64,000 nucleotides of DNA, taken from assembly GCA_009103225.1 (NCBI GenBank), contig RHPI01003041.1:1-64000 (forward strand), read 5' to 3'. The DNA comes from Chlorokybus atmophyticus. Taxonomy: Eukaryota; Plantae; Mesostigma and Chlorokybus algae. Under the pieces are notes generated by a model, which was not told the DNA's origin, did not search any database, and worked only from the letters and a program-made list of their open reading frames with translations. Position numbers and translations under genes: made by a program. Shown here piece after piece: positions 48,901 to 60,257 of this stretch (within the stretch, counting starts at the first letter, position 1; each line of letters begins with the position of its first letter).

Positions 48901-51414
48901 CGAACGTTGTTGGAGCGTGTTCGAGCCATGCTCAATGACACCAAGTTGGAGGACAGTCTGTGGAAAGAGGCCGTTCTCACTGCCAACTACATCCGCAACC
49001 GTTCACCGATAAGCTCTGAGCAAAAGACTCCGTGGGAGCTCTTTTACGGTGAAGCGCCAGATGTGAGTGGCATGCGTGTGTTCGGATGTGTGGCATATGC
49101 ACTTGTGCCAGGTCAATTGCGACACAAGTTGGAGCCGGTCAGCAAGAAGGGCATCTTCGTTGGCTATGAACCAGGCTCAAAGGCGTACAAGGTCCTACTG
49201 GAGGACACGCGCAAGATTGTGGTGAGCAGAGACGTCGTGTTCCACGAAGGCTCATCACAAGTTGAAGCCGAAGAAGGTTTCTACCCTCAAGATGAAGATG
49301 ACAAAGCACAACCTGAAGAGCTTTCAAGCAGAGAAAAGGTTGAAGGTGAGGCATCAGTCATCAATAAAGAGCAGGGCTCATCTGTAGCAGGCGAGAAGCA
49401 GAAGCAGCAGGAGCAAGCTCGACGCTACCCAGTGAGGGAAAGACAAGCACCTGACTTCTACAAGGCACACATCGCTAGTGTGCACAATGACGAGAGTGAA
49501 GAACCAAGCACCTACGAGGAGGCATTGCGAGCACCAGATGCAGAACAATGGCAGCGAGCTATGGATGATGAGATTGCATCACTCCATGCCAACAACACAT
49601 GGGTGTTGGAGAAGCCCCCGCAAGGTGTGAAGCCCATTCCGGTCAAGTGGGTGTTCAAGGTAAAGCGTGATGGTCAAGGCAACATCGAGCGCTACAAGGC
49701 AAGTAAGCATGCAACCTTCCGCACATTGATTGCCATGGTTGCTGCTGAAGACCTCGAGTGTCACCACCTTGATGTGAAGACTGCTTTCCTTTACGGAGAG
49801 CTGGAGGAAGAGATCTACACCAAGCAACCACCAGGCTACGCAGAAGGGGAGCCAGGCATGGCTTGCAAGTTGATCAAGGCTTTGTATGGGCTGCGACAAG
49901 CACCACGTGTGTGGCACATTCGCCTCACGAAAGAGTTGGAGAAACTCGGCTACAAAGCATCCTCAGCGGATCCGGGGCTCTTCATCCATGAAAAGAAGAA
50001 GGTTTACTTGCTCGTGTATGTGGACGACATCATCGTCACGGCCAAGCAAGTTGAAGACCTGAAGGAAACGAAGCACGGATTGCAGCAAGCATTCGCAGTA
50101 CGCGACCTTGGAGAGGTCAAGTTATTTCTTGGCATGGTGATAGAGCGTGACAGAGCAGCACGCACAATCAAGATCAGCCAAGAGCAGATGGTGAAGCAAC
50201 TTGTCACCAAATTCGGACTCAACGAAGCAAAGACCAAGTCTACTCCATTGGCACTCGGCACCAACCTCGTCAAAGCGAAAGATGAGGAAGTACTCGACAA
50301 GGCTCAGTATCCCTATGGTGAACTTGTTGGGAGTATGCTCTACCTAGCAGTGTGCACAAGACCCGACATCGCACATGCAGTTGGAGTGCTTGCGCGCTAC
50401 ATGTCTGCACCAAGCATGGAGCACTGGCGTGCAGCGAAGGGAGTATTGCGCTACGTGGCTGGAAGCGCAAGTGTTGGCATCAAGTTTGGTTGCGGAAGCA
50501 CAGAGATGGAGGGCTATTGCGACGCAGACTTTGCAGGTGACCTCGATAGCAGGAGGTCCACCACGGCGTACGTCTTCAAGTTGAATGGAGGCGTGGTGAG
50601 CTGGAACAGTAGGCTGCAACCCACAACAGCTGCATCTACTTCGGAAGCGGAGTACATGGCAGCATCGGCTGCAGTGAAGGAGGCGTTATGGCTTCGCAAG
50701 CTGATGGCAGATCTGGAGCACCCGATGGCGTGTATCACGATCAACTGCGACAACCAAGGCGCCATCAAGTTGCTGAAGCACCCCATTGCCTCGACAAGGA
50801 CAAAGCACATTGATGTCATGCATCACTTTGTGCGAGACAGAGTCACACGCAAGGAGGTTGAGTTCCAATATTGCAATACGGAAGACATGCTCGCGGACTT
50901 CATGACGAAGCCACTGTCACCGCTGAAGTTTAAGGCATGTTGCAAGGGACTCGGCATATGTGCTTAGGTGAAAGAAGACCAAGCGTTGGAGGCCAAGCTG
51001 CCCGCGTGGGAGTGTTGAAGATATTCCTACATCCGGTCAGCCTGCCCTGCATACAAGAGAGAAGAGAAGGGACCTCGATGGGAGGACCTCGAAGACTCCG
51101 GACATAAAGGTCCTGCCGCGGACTGCAGAGAAGGGTCCTAGGAGAATCGTTATATCTCCTAGAATACTCAGTCATTTGGGACGTGGCATAGCTTGTTGAA
51201 AAGCTTATTAAGTTAGCTACGTGGCACATCTTACAGCGTAGGATTCGGTTCAGTAGATCGGACGCTGTTGCGTGTAGACCAGCAGTGTGTACAAACTGTG
51301 TACTGACTGGCGGGTATATAACCCCGCGGTTTGTTGGTAATAAATCGGGAAGTGTATTGCCTTCTCCTGTGTGTCATTGCTTGCCCTCTTCACTTGCATG
51401 CTTGCTTCTCAACA
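45926..51414 (+). mobile_element. Copia retrotransposon copy 3, young, both LTRs
   Basis: 402-bp LTRs (45926-46327, 51013-51414) with 3 differences, perfect CCGCC TSD, PBS GGTTATGGGCCCAC (46328-46341). Gag 46651-47388 and a 978-aa pol ORF 48031-50967. Confidence 0.98.
48031..50967 (+). CDS. Copia pol ORF (integrase, RT, RNase H) with an in-frame 66-nt deletion in RT
   Basis: WHRRFGH, HMDVCGP, RSDRGGEY, YVDD, YCDADFAG. The RLVAKGF..FAPA block present in copy 1 is missing. Confidence 0.9.
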   Translation: MMENYRKMSTTRKVEGFSGHELEAIGVGEVRLQCKIGDGEREVVLREVLHVPGAAASLFSVRVAERVGAEIVIREGRCSVRMDGVEYMVGTQRGGLYIVEQTHGSKAMIVKENETAELWHRRFGHLGYSNLTRLVAEDMVKGITGSKEDFQASSTTLCEPCVLAKQHRMPFSSSSSSSKHPCELVHMDVCGPMRIVAKGGVRYFATFLDDYSKLSIVFPLIQKSKVAGAVRTVIALLEIQSGKKMKAMRSDRGGEYVNAQLKEFFASKGIRHETTAPYTPQQNGAAERLNRTLLERVRAMLNDTKLEDSLWKEAVLTANYIRNRSPISSEQKTPWELFYGEAPDVSGMRVFGCVAYALVPGQLRHKLEPVSKKGIFVGYEPGSKAYKVLLEDTRKIVVSRDVVFHEGSSQVEAEEGFYPQDEDDKAQPEELSSREKVEGEASVINKEQGSSVAGEKQKQQEQARRYPVRERQAPDFYKAHIASVHNDESEEPSTYEEALRAPDAEQWQRAMDDEIASLHANNTWVLEKPPQGVKPIPVKWVFKVKRDGQGNIERYKASKHATFRTLIAMVAAEDLECHHLDVKTAFLYGELEEEIYTKQPPGYAEGEPGMACKLIKALYGLRQAPRVWHIRLTKELEKLGYKASSADPGLFIHEKKKVYLLVYVDDIIVTAKQVEDLKETKHGLQQAFAVRDLGEVKLFLGMVIERDRAARTIKISQEQMVKQLVTKFGLNEAKTKSTPLALGTNLVKAKDEEVLDKAQYPYGELVGSMLYLAVCTRPDIAHAVGVLARYMSAPSMEHWRAAKGVLRYVAGSASVGIKFGCGSTEMEGYCDADFAGDLDSRRSTTAYVFKLNGGVVSWNSRLQPTTAASTSEAEYMAASAAVKEALWLRKLMADLEHPMACITINCDNQGAIKLLKHPIASTRTKHIDVMHHFVRDRVTRKEVEFQYCNTEDMLADFMTKPLSPLKFKACCKGLGICA

Positions 51415-51419
51415 CCGCC

Positions 51420-53000
51420 ATATGTCCTGCCTGGTGTCAGTGGGCGCCAGCTCTGTGTCATCGACTTCAGTGTTGGCTGCGTGGACGTCTCCCAAGGGTG
51501 TGGTTGCCGCAGGGCCGGTAGGCTCAAAGGCAGGAATCTCCTCTGCCACTGCTGAGGCAGTGGTGTTGGTCTTGCGCTCTGAGCGCAGCGCGGCAGCAGC
51601 AAACATGGCTGCCATGGTGGGGGTTGTTGCTGCAGGGACGAGCTCATGCCGAGCTCCAGTTGCATCATTGGTGCTGAGGTGAGGGTTGCAACTGAGGCCA
51701 TCGGCGTCTTGGTTAGCGAGGCCAGCGCGGTGGTCGATCTCGAAGTCGTACTCTTGCAACAGCAGGGCCCATCGAGCAAGTTTCCCTGTCAGATGTTGGT
51801 TGGTCATCAGCCACTTGAGGGGCTGATGACCGGTGATCAGTTGGAACTGCCGACCAAAAAGGAAGGGTCGGAAGAAGGAGATAGCCCACACTGCAGCGAG
51901 GCATTCCCCCTCGTAGCTGCTGTAGTTGGCCTCGGCACTATCGTTGCTTCGGCTGGCGTATAACACCACCCGCTCCTTATTGTTCTCATCGTGCTGCACC
52001 AGCACTGCTCCCATCCCCAGCTTGCTCCAGTCGGTGTGAAGGATGAAAGGCTTGGCGTAGTCCGGACGTTTAAGGACGGGAGCGGTGGTGAGCCTGATCT
52101 TCAGCTCCTTGAAGGCCTGCTGTTGCGGTTCCTTTCATGCGAACTCCACCTCCTTCTTCAGTAGCTTGTTGAGGGGCCTTGCGATCTTCGCGAAGTCCTT
52201 CACGAACCGGCGATAGTAGTTGGCAAGTCCCAAGAAAGCGCGCAGACGTGTGAGGTCTGTCGGGGCAAGGATAGCTGCCAGAGCCTCTACTCTTGCCTGC
52301 CGCACATACACACCATGGGGCACAATCATGTGCCCTAAGTACGGCACCTTGTGGGTAAAGAAGATACACTTGTCGGGGTGTACGGTCATCCCCACTCCCT
52401 TGAGTCGTTCCAGCACCGCTTCGATGTGCGGAAGATGCTCCTCGTTGCTGCGGCTGAAGATGAGGATGTCATCGATGTAGCACCGCGCGAAGTCCAGCCC
52501 CTTCAAGGCCTTGTCCATGACGCGTTAAAACTTGGCGGGGGCATTCTTCAGCCCGAACGGCATTACCTTCCATTGGTACAGCTGCCAGTTGCCCCAGAAG
52601 CAGGTCTTGTGCTTGTCCTCGTCCTTGATGGCGATTTGGTTGTACCCTTGACGTATGTCCAGGTCGCTGAAGACTGTGCAGTCTCCCACATCATCAAAGA
52701 TACCCTCTGCTTTGGGCATGGGGTACCTGTCTTGCTTGGTCTTGTTGTTGAGGGGGCGATAGTCGCCACACATGCGTCACTCTGTCCAGTTGCCGGCTGA
52801 ATCCTCTTCTTCAATGGCATGACGGTTGCTGTTGCAAAGTCCGATGTGGATTCTTCGATAAGGCCTGCATCAAGCAGCGCCTTACATCTCCGTTCCACCA
52901 GGTCCTCTTCCAACTTGGAGAGCCTGTATTGCCGCCGGAACACCGGCTCGGTGTCCGCCAACTCGATGTCCATCTGCTACACTGAGCATGTACCCAATTC
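51420..53000 (-). pseudogene. Gypsy-type RT and RNase H of the DNMT element
   Basis: MCGDYRPLN, VMPFGLKNAP, CYIDDILI, FLGLANYYRRF, ECLAAVWAI, ITGHQPL, RWALLLQEYDF. Confidence 0.93.
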
Positions 53001-53269
53001 CTTCACATTGAAGCTGAATTGGCTCCTCCATTTGTCGAGGAGAGCCTCCAGCTTTTCTCGAGTGCCTTCTGTGGCCAAAGGGCCAATGGCATGGTCCCAT
53101 GAGGTCGCATTGGCGACCACGGGCCTCCAGTGTCACTGCTGCTTGCTCCTCCATGTGGATCACCTCGAGGGCTGTGTGAGCTGCCTTGGTGTCGGTAACG
53201 ATCGCGATCAGCCCACCCCCCAGCCAAGTGTTCGAGATCCTCGAAGGACATGTGGCGGTCCTGCAATGC

Positions 53270-54235
53270 GAAGCTCAGCTCCAGCAGCCATACCATGCTG
53301 TTCTGGTCCATGGCGCGGCCAAGCAGCTGGCATTGCTGACTATCTGTCAGCGACGAGCCCGTGATGCTGTTGGGGGAGAATCCCATGGCGTGTTCACGTT
53401 CGCGTGCGTTGGGTTCCTCCAGCCTGTTGGTGGTCGCATCAAACACCATCCCGTCACCACCGTTCCGAAATACGTAGGAGCCCGGGTAGGACACTAATGT
53501 GGGGAGTGCGCGACGGGGCTGACCGGGCTGATTGCACGGGTAGAAGTGGTTGTGGTCATGATGCAGGACAGGTTGTGCGTTGCGGCCGGGGTCAAGGATG
53601 TCATCGACCAGCAGGTTGCGCGGCTAAGCGCTGCGCGTGTATTCTGCGGTCAAGAGCTCCTCCACGGCGGCCAAGTTTGTCCACTTGGCACGTACACGAT
53701 GTGCGCGCGAGCCATGTCGTACAGCATTCACTTTGAGTGGGTGCCCCAGCATGGAGCAAACTTGTCGGTAGCTGAAGGCCACGTGCGGACGCTTGTCGTC
53801 CTCTGAATGCACATTTTCGATGACGTACCCCAGGGGTTTGGAGATCTGGTGGTGTTGAAGGAGGTATATGATTCTCATCAGCTCCCAAGACAGGGCTGAT
53901 CGAGGGTTTTCGAGGCTTTGCCCCTTGCCTGCCCTGGAGTGCCCTTGGCATTCCCACTCAGCTATTAACAAGTCGATGTTGCCGAGGGTCAGAGTAGGTG
54001 ATCTTCGGTGATCAGCCGGATGTCTTGTGGCAACGCTTTGAGGCTACCTTGCAACGCCGAGAGGGGTAGTTGATGTGGATATCTCTCGTGCAGTTGGCGT
54101 AAGTGCTTGAGGGCCGTTTGCGCGTATGGGTTTGGGTCACAGTCACAGTATTTGACAACCTTCACACCCGTGTTGAAGACAGCGGCAAGACCACTGCCAA
54201 TGCCTCCAAACAGCTCCAACACTGTGATGCCCTAC
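53270..54235 (-). pseudogene. C5 DNA-cytosine methyltransferase domain inside the retroelement pol
   Basis: Motif I VLELFGGIGSG; motif IV IDLLIAEWECQGHSRAG (catalytic Cys kept); motif VI YVIENV; motif VIII AHRVR; motifs IX-X EREHAMGF..LLGRAMD. Canonical order, with a stop and frameshifts. Confidence 0.88.
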
Positions 54236-54404
54236 TGCCTGCAAAAGGTGTGGAACTCCACCACTCCGGTGGCCACCATATGCTGGTCCTGCACCTTGTT
54301 GTGGCCTCGGTAGTTGGGGAAGCGCGTGGTGATCAGTGGATGGCTTAGCAAGACGTGTGCGTCCACCTGTGCGCGCCAGCGCCGTTCAGCTGGGTCTTGT
54401 AATA

Positions 54405-55109
54405 TTACTTCCACGGTGGCATCCTCCTGCTCCTTGTTGTACGGGGTGGGAGAGGAGTCGACGGTCGACACGGAGCCGTGGCACCAGCAGCGACTTGCGT
54501 CCGAGCGCTGTTGTATGTGGCCGTTGCAGCCTCCCGTGTGCGGGCGTGGCTGCGTGTGGCCACGGCGGCCACTTTGCGTTGGGCGCGCGTGCGCGAGACC
54601 AACTCGAGAGGCAGAAAACCCTGCACCTCTCCGTCATCCTCATCCCAATGTTGCTGAAACCACGCCCGCTCTGTCCAGCAGTCGAGGCCCATGCCCACAG
54701 GGAAGTTGAAGTCCTGCTCAAGCAAAAAGTCGAAGGAGCCGGCATTGGTGACCACACATTGCTGGATGATCTCGGTTGTGTGGGTTGGGTCCAGCCCTAT
54801 CAACCGAATGCAAAAGGCCTCTCTGGTGATTCCCATCACCTTATCTCGGCTACCTGTGGCAGTGTCCAACACGTACGGGCAAGGCACCAAGTCGGAGCTG
54901 GTTATGCCGAGGGACCGCGCGAGGAAGCGCCCGATGATGACAGGCTGTGCTCCGGTGTCCAACATCACTCGCTTGGGTGCCAGGCCGTTAATGGTAACGT
55001 GCTTGCCTTGGTTGGCCACCATGGCAGCATTGGCGCTGATGCGCAGTCTCTCCGTACGAGCTGTCTGCACCTTTGTCTCAGTTCTCTCAGCTGGGGGTGC
55101 TGAGCGCAT
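54405..55109 (-). pseudogene. Retroviral-type aspartic protease of the DNMT element
   Basis: KRVMLDTGAQPVII. Confidence 0.85.
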
Positions 55110-55789
55110 TGCAGCTAGAGCTCATCTGCCTGCTGGGTCCGGAGGACCCTCTCCTTGCCCACTCCCTCTGCCGAACCGAACTTGTCGTGGTGGTTGGTAG
55201 ACACGAGGGGGCCTCGGTGCTGGAGGTTCCGGCGCCGGTTGTGGTGGCGGCGCAGGTGGATGCTGCCTCTGCGAAGATGGAATCATGCTCGCGGGTGTAC
55301 CCAATGGTTGTGGAGGAAATCCCGGAGGACCCGGTGCTTGTGGACCTGCCTCGCGTTCAGCTTGCTGCGCGGTGTACGTCCATTGGACAGCATGAGCCGC
55401 TTCTCTGACCAACGTCCCTTCCCACGTGGCCGTGAGCTCGGTATCCATGTTGGTCCAGTGATGATATTGAGGCATGGGCTGCAGGTATACGGCGCGTAGT
55501 AGCTGTCGCCGCATGTCGTGGGTGATGGTGGGGACTCGCAAGATCCCTGCCATGTAGGCATCCCACCTTGTACCACTCCCACATCGGGCACAGTCATGGC
55601 GCGCGCGCGTAGGGTGCGCTGGAGGTCAGTTTGCTGTGCGTGTAGCTCTTGAGCAATGGCGATGCGCCGCTGTCGTGTCGTGCGGCTTCCACCCCTGGCA
55701 GCCGCAGCATTGCCTCCTGCACTCCCTCCAGCGTGTCCGGGACTGTGGTGGCAGCCTCGTCATATGCTTGTCGCAGCGAATGAACGAAT

Positions 55790-56246
55790 TGTTGAAGGTA
55801 TTACATGGGTGACGCTTGTATCCGGTCAGCTTGCCCTTTATACAGGAGTCGAGGGTCGAAGGTACTAGGAAGAAGCGCGTAGACTCCAGACTTAGCAAGA
55901 CGGTCGAGTCATGACGGACTCCGGACTAGGCTGCTTGGTAGAGCCTTGGGAGAAATCGCGTAGCTTTGTGGATACGTAAGCTTAGCAGGCGTGGCTTAGC
56001 TTGTTGGGAAGCTCTGGTTGTGAGCTAGACAACGTAGCTTACAGAACAGCAATCGGCTGAGTATAGCGCACGCGGTGCTTGCCAATGTAGACGTGTGGAG
56101 AGATTGGCGGGGTATAAAGCCCAGACTTGTTGCAATGAAGAAAAGAGGTCACGATGTAGCATGTGTGCGGATGCTATGGCGGCAGTAGCAGTCATGCTCT
56201 TGTGCTGATGTTGTTAGCGCGTCACTTGCACGTGTCTATGTCAACA
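55790..56246 (+). mobile_element. Solo LTR (Copia-like, 457 bp)
   Basis: TGTTGAAG..GTCAACA with a perfect CGAAT TSD; its 5' part resembles the Copia 3 LTR (ATCCGGTCAGC motif). Confidence 0.88.
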
Positions 56247-56299
56247 CGAATGCCCCCAACCATGATGCTCGGTTGCCAAAGGCAAACAGGGGGACAGCC

Positions 56300-59200
56300 G
56301 CGGCGCTGCCCTCTCGCATCCCCATTATCTGTCTTAATGTGTTGCCCTCAAGCCTGTGCAATACGACTGCTTGTCGAATGTGAGTGCGGTACGGAGTTGT
56401 TGCTCCCCCACCATACCAGCTCCTCCTCGTTGTGTAGTGTCCCCTTGCGGGGTGAGGTACCCCCGCCTTGCATCGCGTTGATCCTCCGGCATGTCTTCGA
56501 CCAAAGGAGGCAGCAGCGGGGCGATTACCCCCCTCAATTGTTGCGCCAACGCCCTCGCTTGGTCTGCAACAGTTGCTTGTTTTGGCTGTGGGATGGCGAC
56601 TGCCGTGGAGTGCCCTGTGGTCAGCGCCGTGGAGGCGCTGGCAACCTTTGCCGGCGTTACGGCTGGTACGGCATCGGCATGTGCTGCTTCGTACGCCTGT
56701 CGGCGCACGTCCACTTGGGCAGCTTGGTCCACCCGATAAGGATGTGCCTGTTCGAAGGCAGAGAACCTCTCTCGACGGCTGCCTGGAGTAAGCCCCCGAA
56801 GAGTGGGATCGGTGCCTAGCGCGATGTCTGACATGGTGACCACGAGGTCTTATATTTTGCGACGCTGGAGTCCGAGTAGGTCCAGTGGTGAGGGCTCGAA
56901 GTCGATCTGTTGAGCGGGCTTGGGTTGCCACGATTGACTGGGTGCGCCCTGCAACCTTGCGTGTAATGCCAAGAACAACTGAATGGCAGCTCTAACACTG
57001 CAGGTCGCCGGTAGGTGACCCGGAAAAGCCGATCCCTCATCTCCAGAGCAATGCCGGCGAGGATTTCATCCTCCAGCTGCTGTTGTGTGGGTTCCGGCAG
57101 CGTGTGGTACTCTGGAGGTGGTAGGGGCAAGATGCGATCATCGCGTGCCACGCGCGTGGTGTGTTGCCCCCCTGATCCGTACGCAATGGTGGTGGGCTCC
57201 ACGTTGCGTAGAACCGACGCCCAGACGCCTTCTGCTTGTGGTCCGCGTGGCACTTGCTGTGTGACATCAAGTGCTCGTGGCGGTGCCGTCCGAACCTCAG
57301 GTAGTGGTGCAGTGGGTGTGGCAGCACTACTTGAGGCGATGGTTGTGGCGCCTGCAGCAGTCGTCGTTACTGAGGTGGCGGCTGTGAGGGTGGCAGCAGT
57401 CGCGGCCGACGTGGTCGCTTCAATGGAGGCAGGAGTGGTGGATTTACCACCCACGAACCCAACGACCATGGTTGTTGCGGCGTTGGTGCTTTTCATCACC
57501 GGGGACAGCGTGGTGCCACGATCTCAGCACTCTAGAGTGCTGGCACCTGCTGTCGTGGTCGGTGTGGATGCCGCGACACATCAGCTTTCTTGCGCGCACG
57601 TCTTGATGGTTGTACACGTGACGGCGTGGGAGTGTCTCTATCCCGTTTTGGTGCCATCAGCGCCCACCTAGCAGCATAGCATGCTTGATAGTCCTGCTCC
57701 TTGTTCTCCTCCAACTGTGCCACGCGCGCCATCAGGGCTGCCACTTGGTCAACAGCTGGTGGATTGGCTGGTGCCTTTACAGCAGCAGATCCAGCGCGAG
57801 GACGTCCCTCAGGTCCTTTGTGCTGTAGAGGGCGGTTTTTCCCTATGTAGCCAGCTTCTTTCTTGCGGGCCCCGGCGTTGTTGCCATTGTTGCGACCACC
57901 AGCGTTGTTGCTGTTGTTGTAGCCGCCAGCGTGGTTGCTGTTGTTGTAACCCCCATTGTTGCCGCGGTAGCCAACAGCGTTGTTGCCGTTGCTGTAGCCA
58001 ATAGAGGGCCGCAGCTCAGGGAACTTGAGCCAGCATACTGTCTCCAAGTGTCCCGTCTTGTGGCAGTAGTTGCACACAAGGTTGCCGTAATCTTCGGTGC
58101 ACTCCTTTTGGCAGTGGCCATGCCGACCACACCGGTGACACAGCACTGAAGCGACAAGGGCAGCATGAGCTGACCGTTTATCCTTGTTGTGGATGCCTTG
58201 CGGCTCTCGGCTGCGGTCCCGCCGAAGGGGCTCTGCACTTGTGTGTGCCCTGCCATAGGCCGCGAGGCATTGCGATTGGAATCCAGCACTGCTTTCTCAT
58301 ACACCGCGCGCTTATGGATGGCTTGTGCAGTCTCGAAAGCTTCCTTGAGGGTGTAGCCGAGGGGCCTGCTGTAGTTCAGCGTCAGGCGCGTCGACTCGCT
58401 CAGGGTGGGATCCAACTCGGCCACATACACCACTACTGCCGCCTCCTCACTGACAATCTTGTAGTCAATGTCTTTAAGCAACCCTTCCAACCGCGAATAC
58501 AGTCGGAGAGGGTCATCGTTGGGCTTCCGTCGAAAACGCCTCAACTCCTCCACCTTGCTGTTGATCTGAGGTGGGAAGGTGCGCCGGAGTGTGCGGCGTA
58601 GAGGTCCTTTAATGGGGAGTCCAACATAGCAGCGCCCACCGTAAGCGCGGGTGCACGCAATGCCACTGAGCCGAGGGTGAAAACACTGCCTCCCGCTGAA
58701 GCACGCGAGTTCGGTGTTGGTAGCAGAGGCGTACCCATCTCCAATGCTGCAGCTTGCTGCTCCTCTTGTTGCTCCCTAATGATGGCAGCGGTGCGGTTGA
58801 GTATCCTGATCCGGCGCTCGGCCTTCTTGCCCTCGATCTCCGCAGGAGTCAATGAGGCCACTACCACCTCAACTTTTTCATTCTCTCCCTTTTTCATGGC
58901 TGCAGCTAGAGTGAGACCCGTGACTGAGGCTGGCGGGGCCGCTGCTACCGGGACAGTAACCGATGGGCTATGCAGTGACGTGGAGGCTATGGTGCTAGCC
59001 AACTCGCTATAGCCGTCAATCTTGTGCGACTCAGCGACGGACTTCCACACATCATGTGCTTTGTGATCAAGGTATTGAGCGGACACATGAAACGATACCT
59101 CATCTGTCTAGTCCTTGCTCTTGAGGGCTTGCTGCCGCATCTTAGAGTGGAACTTGATGATGAACTCGTCAAGTGAGGTGGTGCCAGGACGTCCGGAGAA

Positions 59201-59350
59201 GCGTAGGGAGTTGGTTGAGCTGGAAGGCTCCATCTCCTCGTCACTGTCCGACGGTGGTGGAGATTCTCGTTGTCGAGGAGTGGAGTGAGAGGAGGTGAAG
59301 CCGGAGACGGGGCGTGAGCCTCTGCTGCTACACTAATCACTCCCTTCACT
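56300..59350 (-). pseudogene. Gag region of the DNMT element with two zinc knuckles and long low-complexity tails
   Basis: CHRCGRHGHCQKEC and CNYCHKTGHLETVC, followed by an Asn/Gly-rich tract; fragmented by frameshifts. Confidence 0.8.
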
Positions 59351-59637
59351 TGCGCGCTCGTAGGTAAGGTTGGAGGTTGGGCTCCAGCTGCCGAGGTTCC
59401 CTTCTTTCATTAGCGAGACAGGGGTGGGCCTGCTCATACAGCTGATGCGATGGTGAAAGTGGATGAAGGGTAGAGTGTTTGTGCTCTACAATAAGATCTC
59501 CAATGCTGCTATCACCCAACACACTAGCGCTTGTGCGCGCTATGCGATGACGGTGACAACAATGCACTGCGATGTGTACGACTACAGATTGCGATGCTGA
59601 TGTGCAGCCTGCAACTACACTCACTTGAGCAAAGAGG

Positions 59638-59652
59638 GTGACACTGTGAGTC
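59638..59652 (-). promoter_or_regulatory. Candidate self-priming PBS of the DNMT element
   Basis: Coding-strand ACTCACAGTGTCACC at the X/internal boundary is the exact reverse complement of 59945-59931, which begins 32 nt below a TATAA. Confidence 0.6.
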
Positions 59653-60257
59653 AACAAGCCACTACTATAGGTAGTGCTGTTTACATAGTTCTTTGCATGA
59701 GTGGAAGAGAGATTACACTGTTAAGTGAGGTGAATGAGCAAGCAACACGTGAATGCTATGCCCTGACTGATGCCAACAAGCACACCGCGACCGAGTACAC
59801 CAAGCTCACAACAAGGACAAGCACAGTGCACAGGAGCATGCACAGGCTCTCACACGGTGAAGGGATTCCTGGGAACCGGGACGGCGTGTTTCGTACTGTT
59901 CAAGTCGCTTCACAAGCTCTCAGCTTTCTCACTCACAGTGTCACCAGCTGATCTGGTGAACACTGTGCCTACTTATACAAGTCAACTCATGACTGTCCAG
60001 AACATAAGCTAGTGGTCATATCGAGGCTATTTTTCCACAAGAAATCCCCATCCGATATAGAACCCAACTTATAACTGAACTCACAATTGAACAACTACGC
60101 GCGGTGCCTATGTAGGCTATGGTCATGAGCTACTCTAAAGACATGACCTAGCTACTGGTCAGTGACGCGCGCGGGTCGCCATGCTGGTAAGCCGGGCGAG
60201 GGTCTCGCTGTAGGCATGCCGGATGAAGACTGGCATGCCCGGGTGATAGGCATGACA
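59649..60257 (-). repeat. X repeat (about 609 bp), 5' terminal repeat of the DNMT element
   Basis: Roughly 90-95% similar to 43580-44186; contains TATAA at 59977-59973. Confidence 0.9.

Larger units (their letters stand above)
43353..60257 (-). mobile_element. Ty3/Gypsy-type element with DNA methyltransferase and PHD finger and split terminal repeats
   Basis: Ends TG..CA with a 4-bp AATA TSD. Removing it restores the host RT frame HLELLKQVVQRLREH. Domain order: gag (two CCHC knuckles), protease (LDTGA), C5-MTase, RT (YIDD), RNase H, integrase (HHCC, ITDQG, AERTV), PHD. Confidence 0.9.

Noticed and set aside
44430-59648. DIRS/Ngaro tyrosine-recombinase identity for the split-repeat element
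   Set aside because: No recombinase R-H-R-Y pattern was recognised; a DDE integrase and a 4-bp TSD are present.
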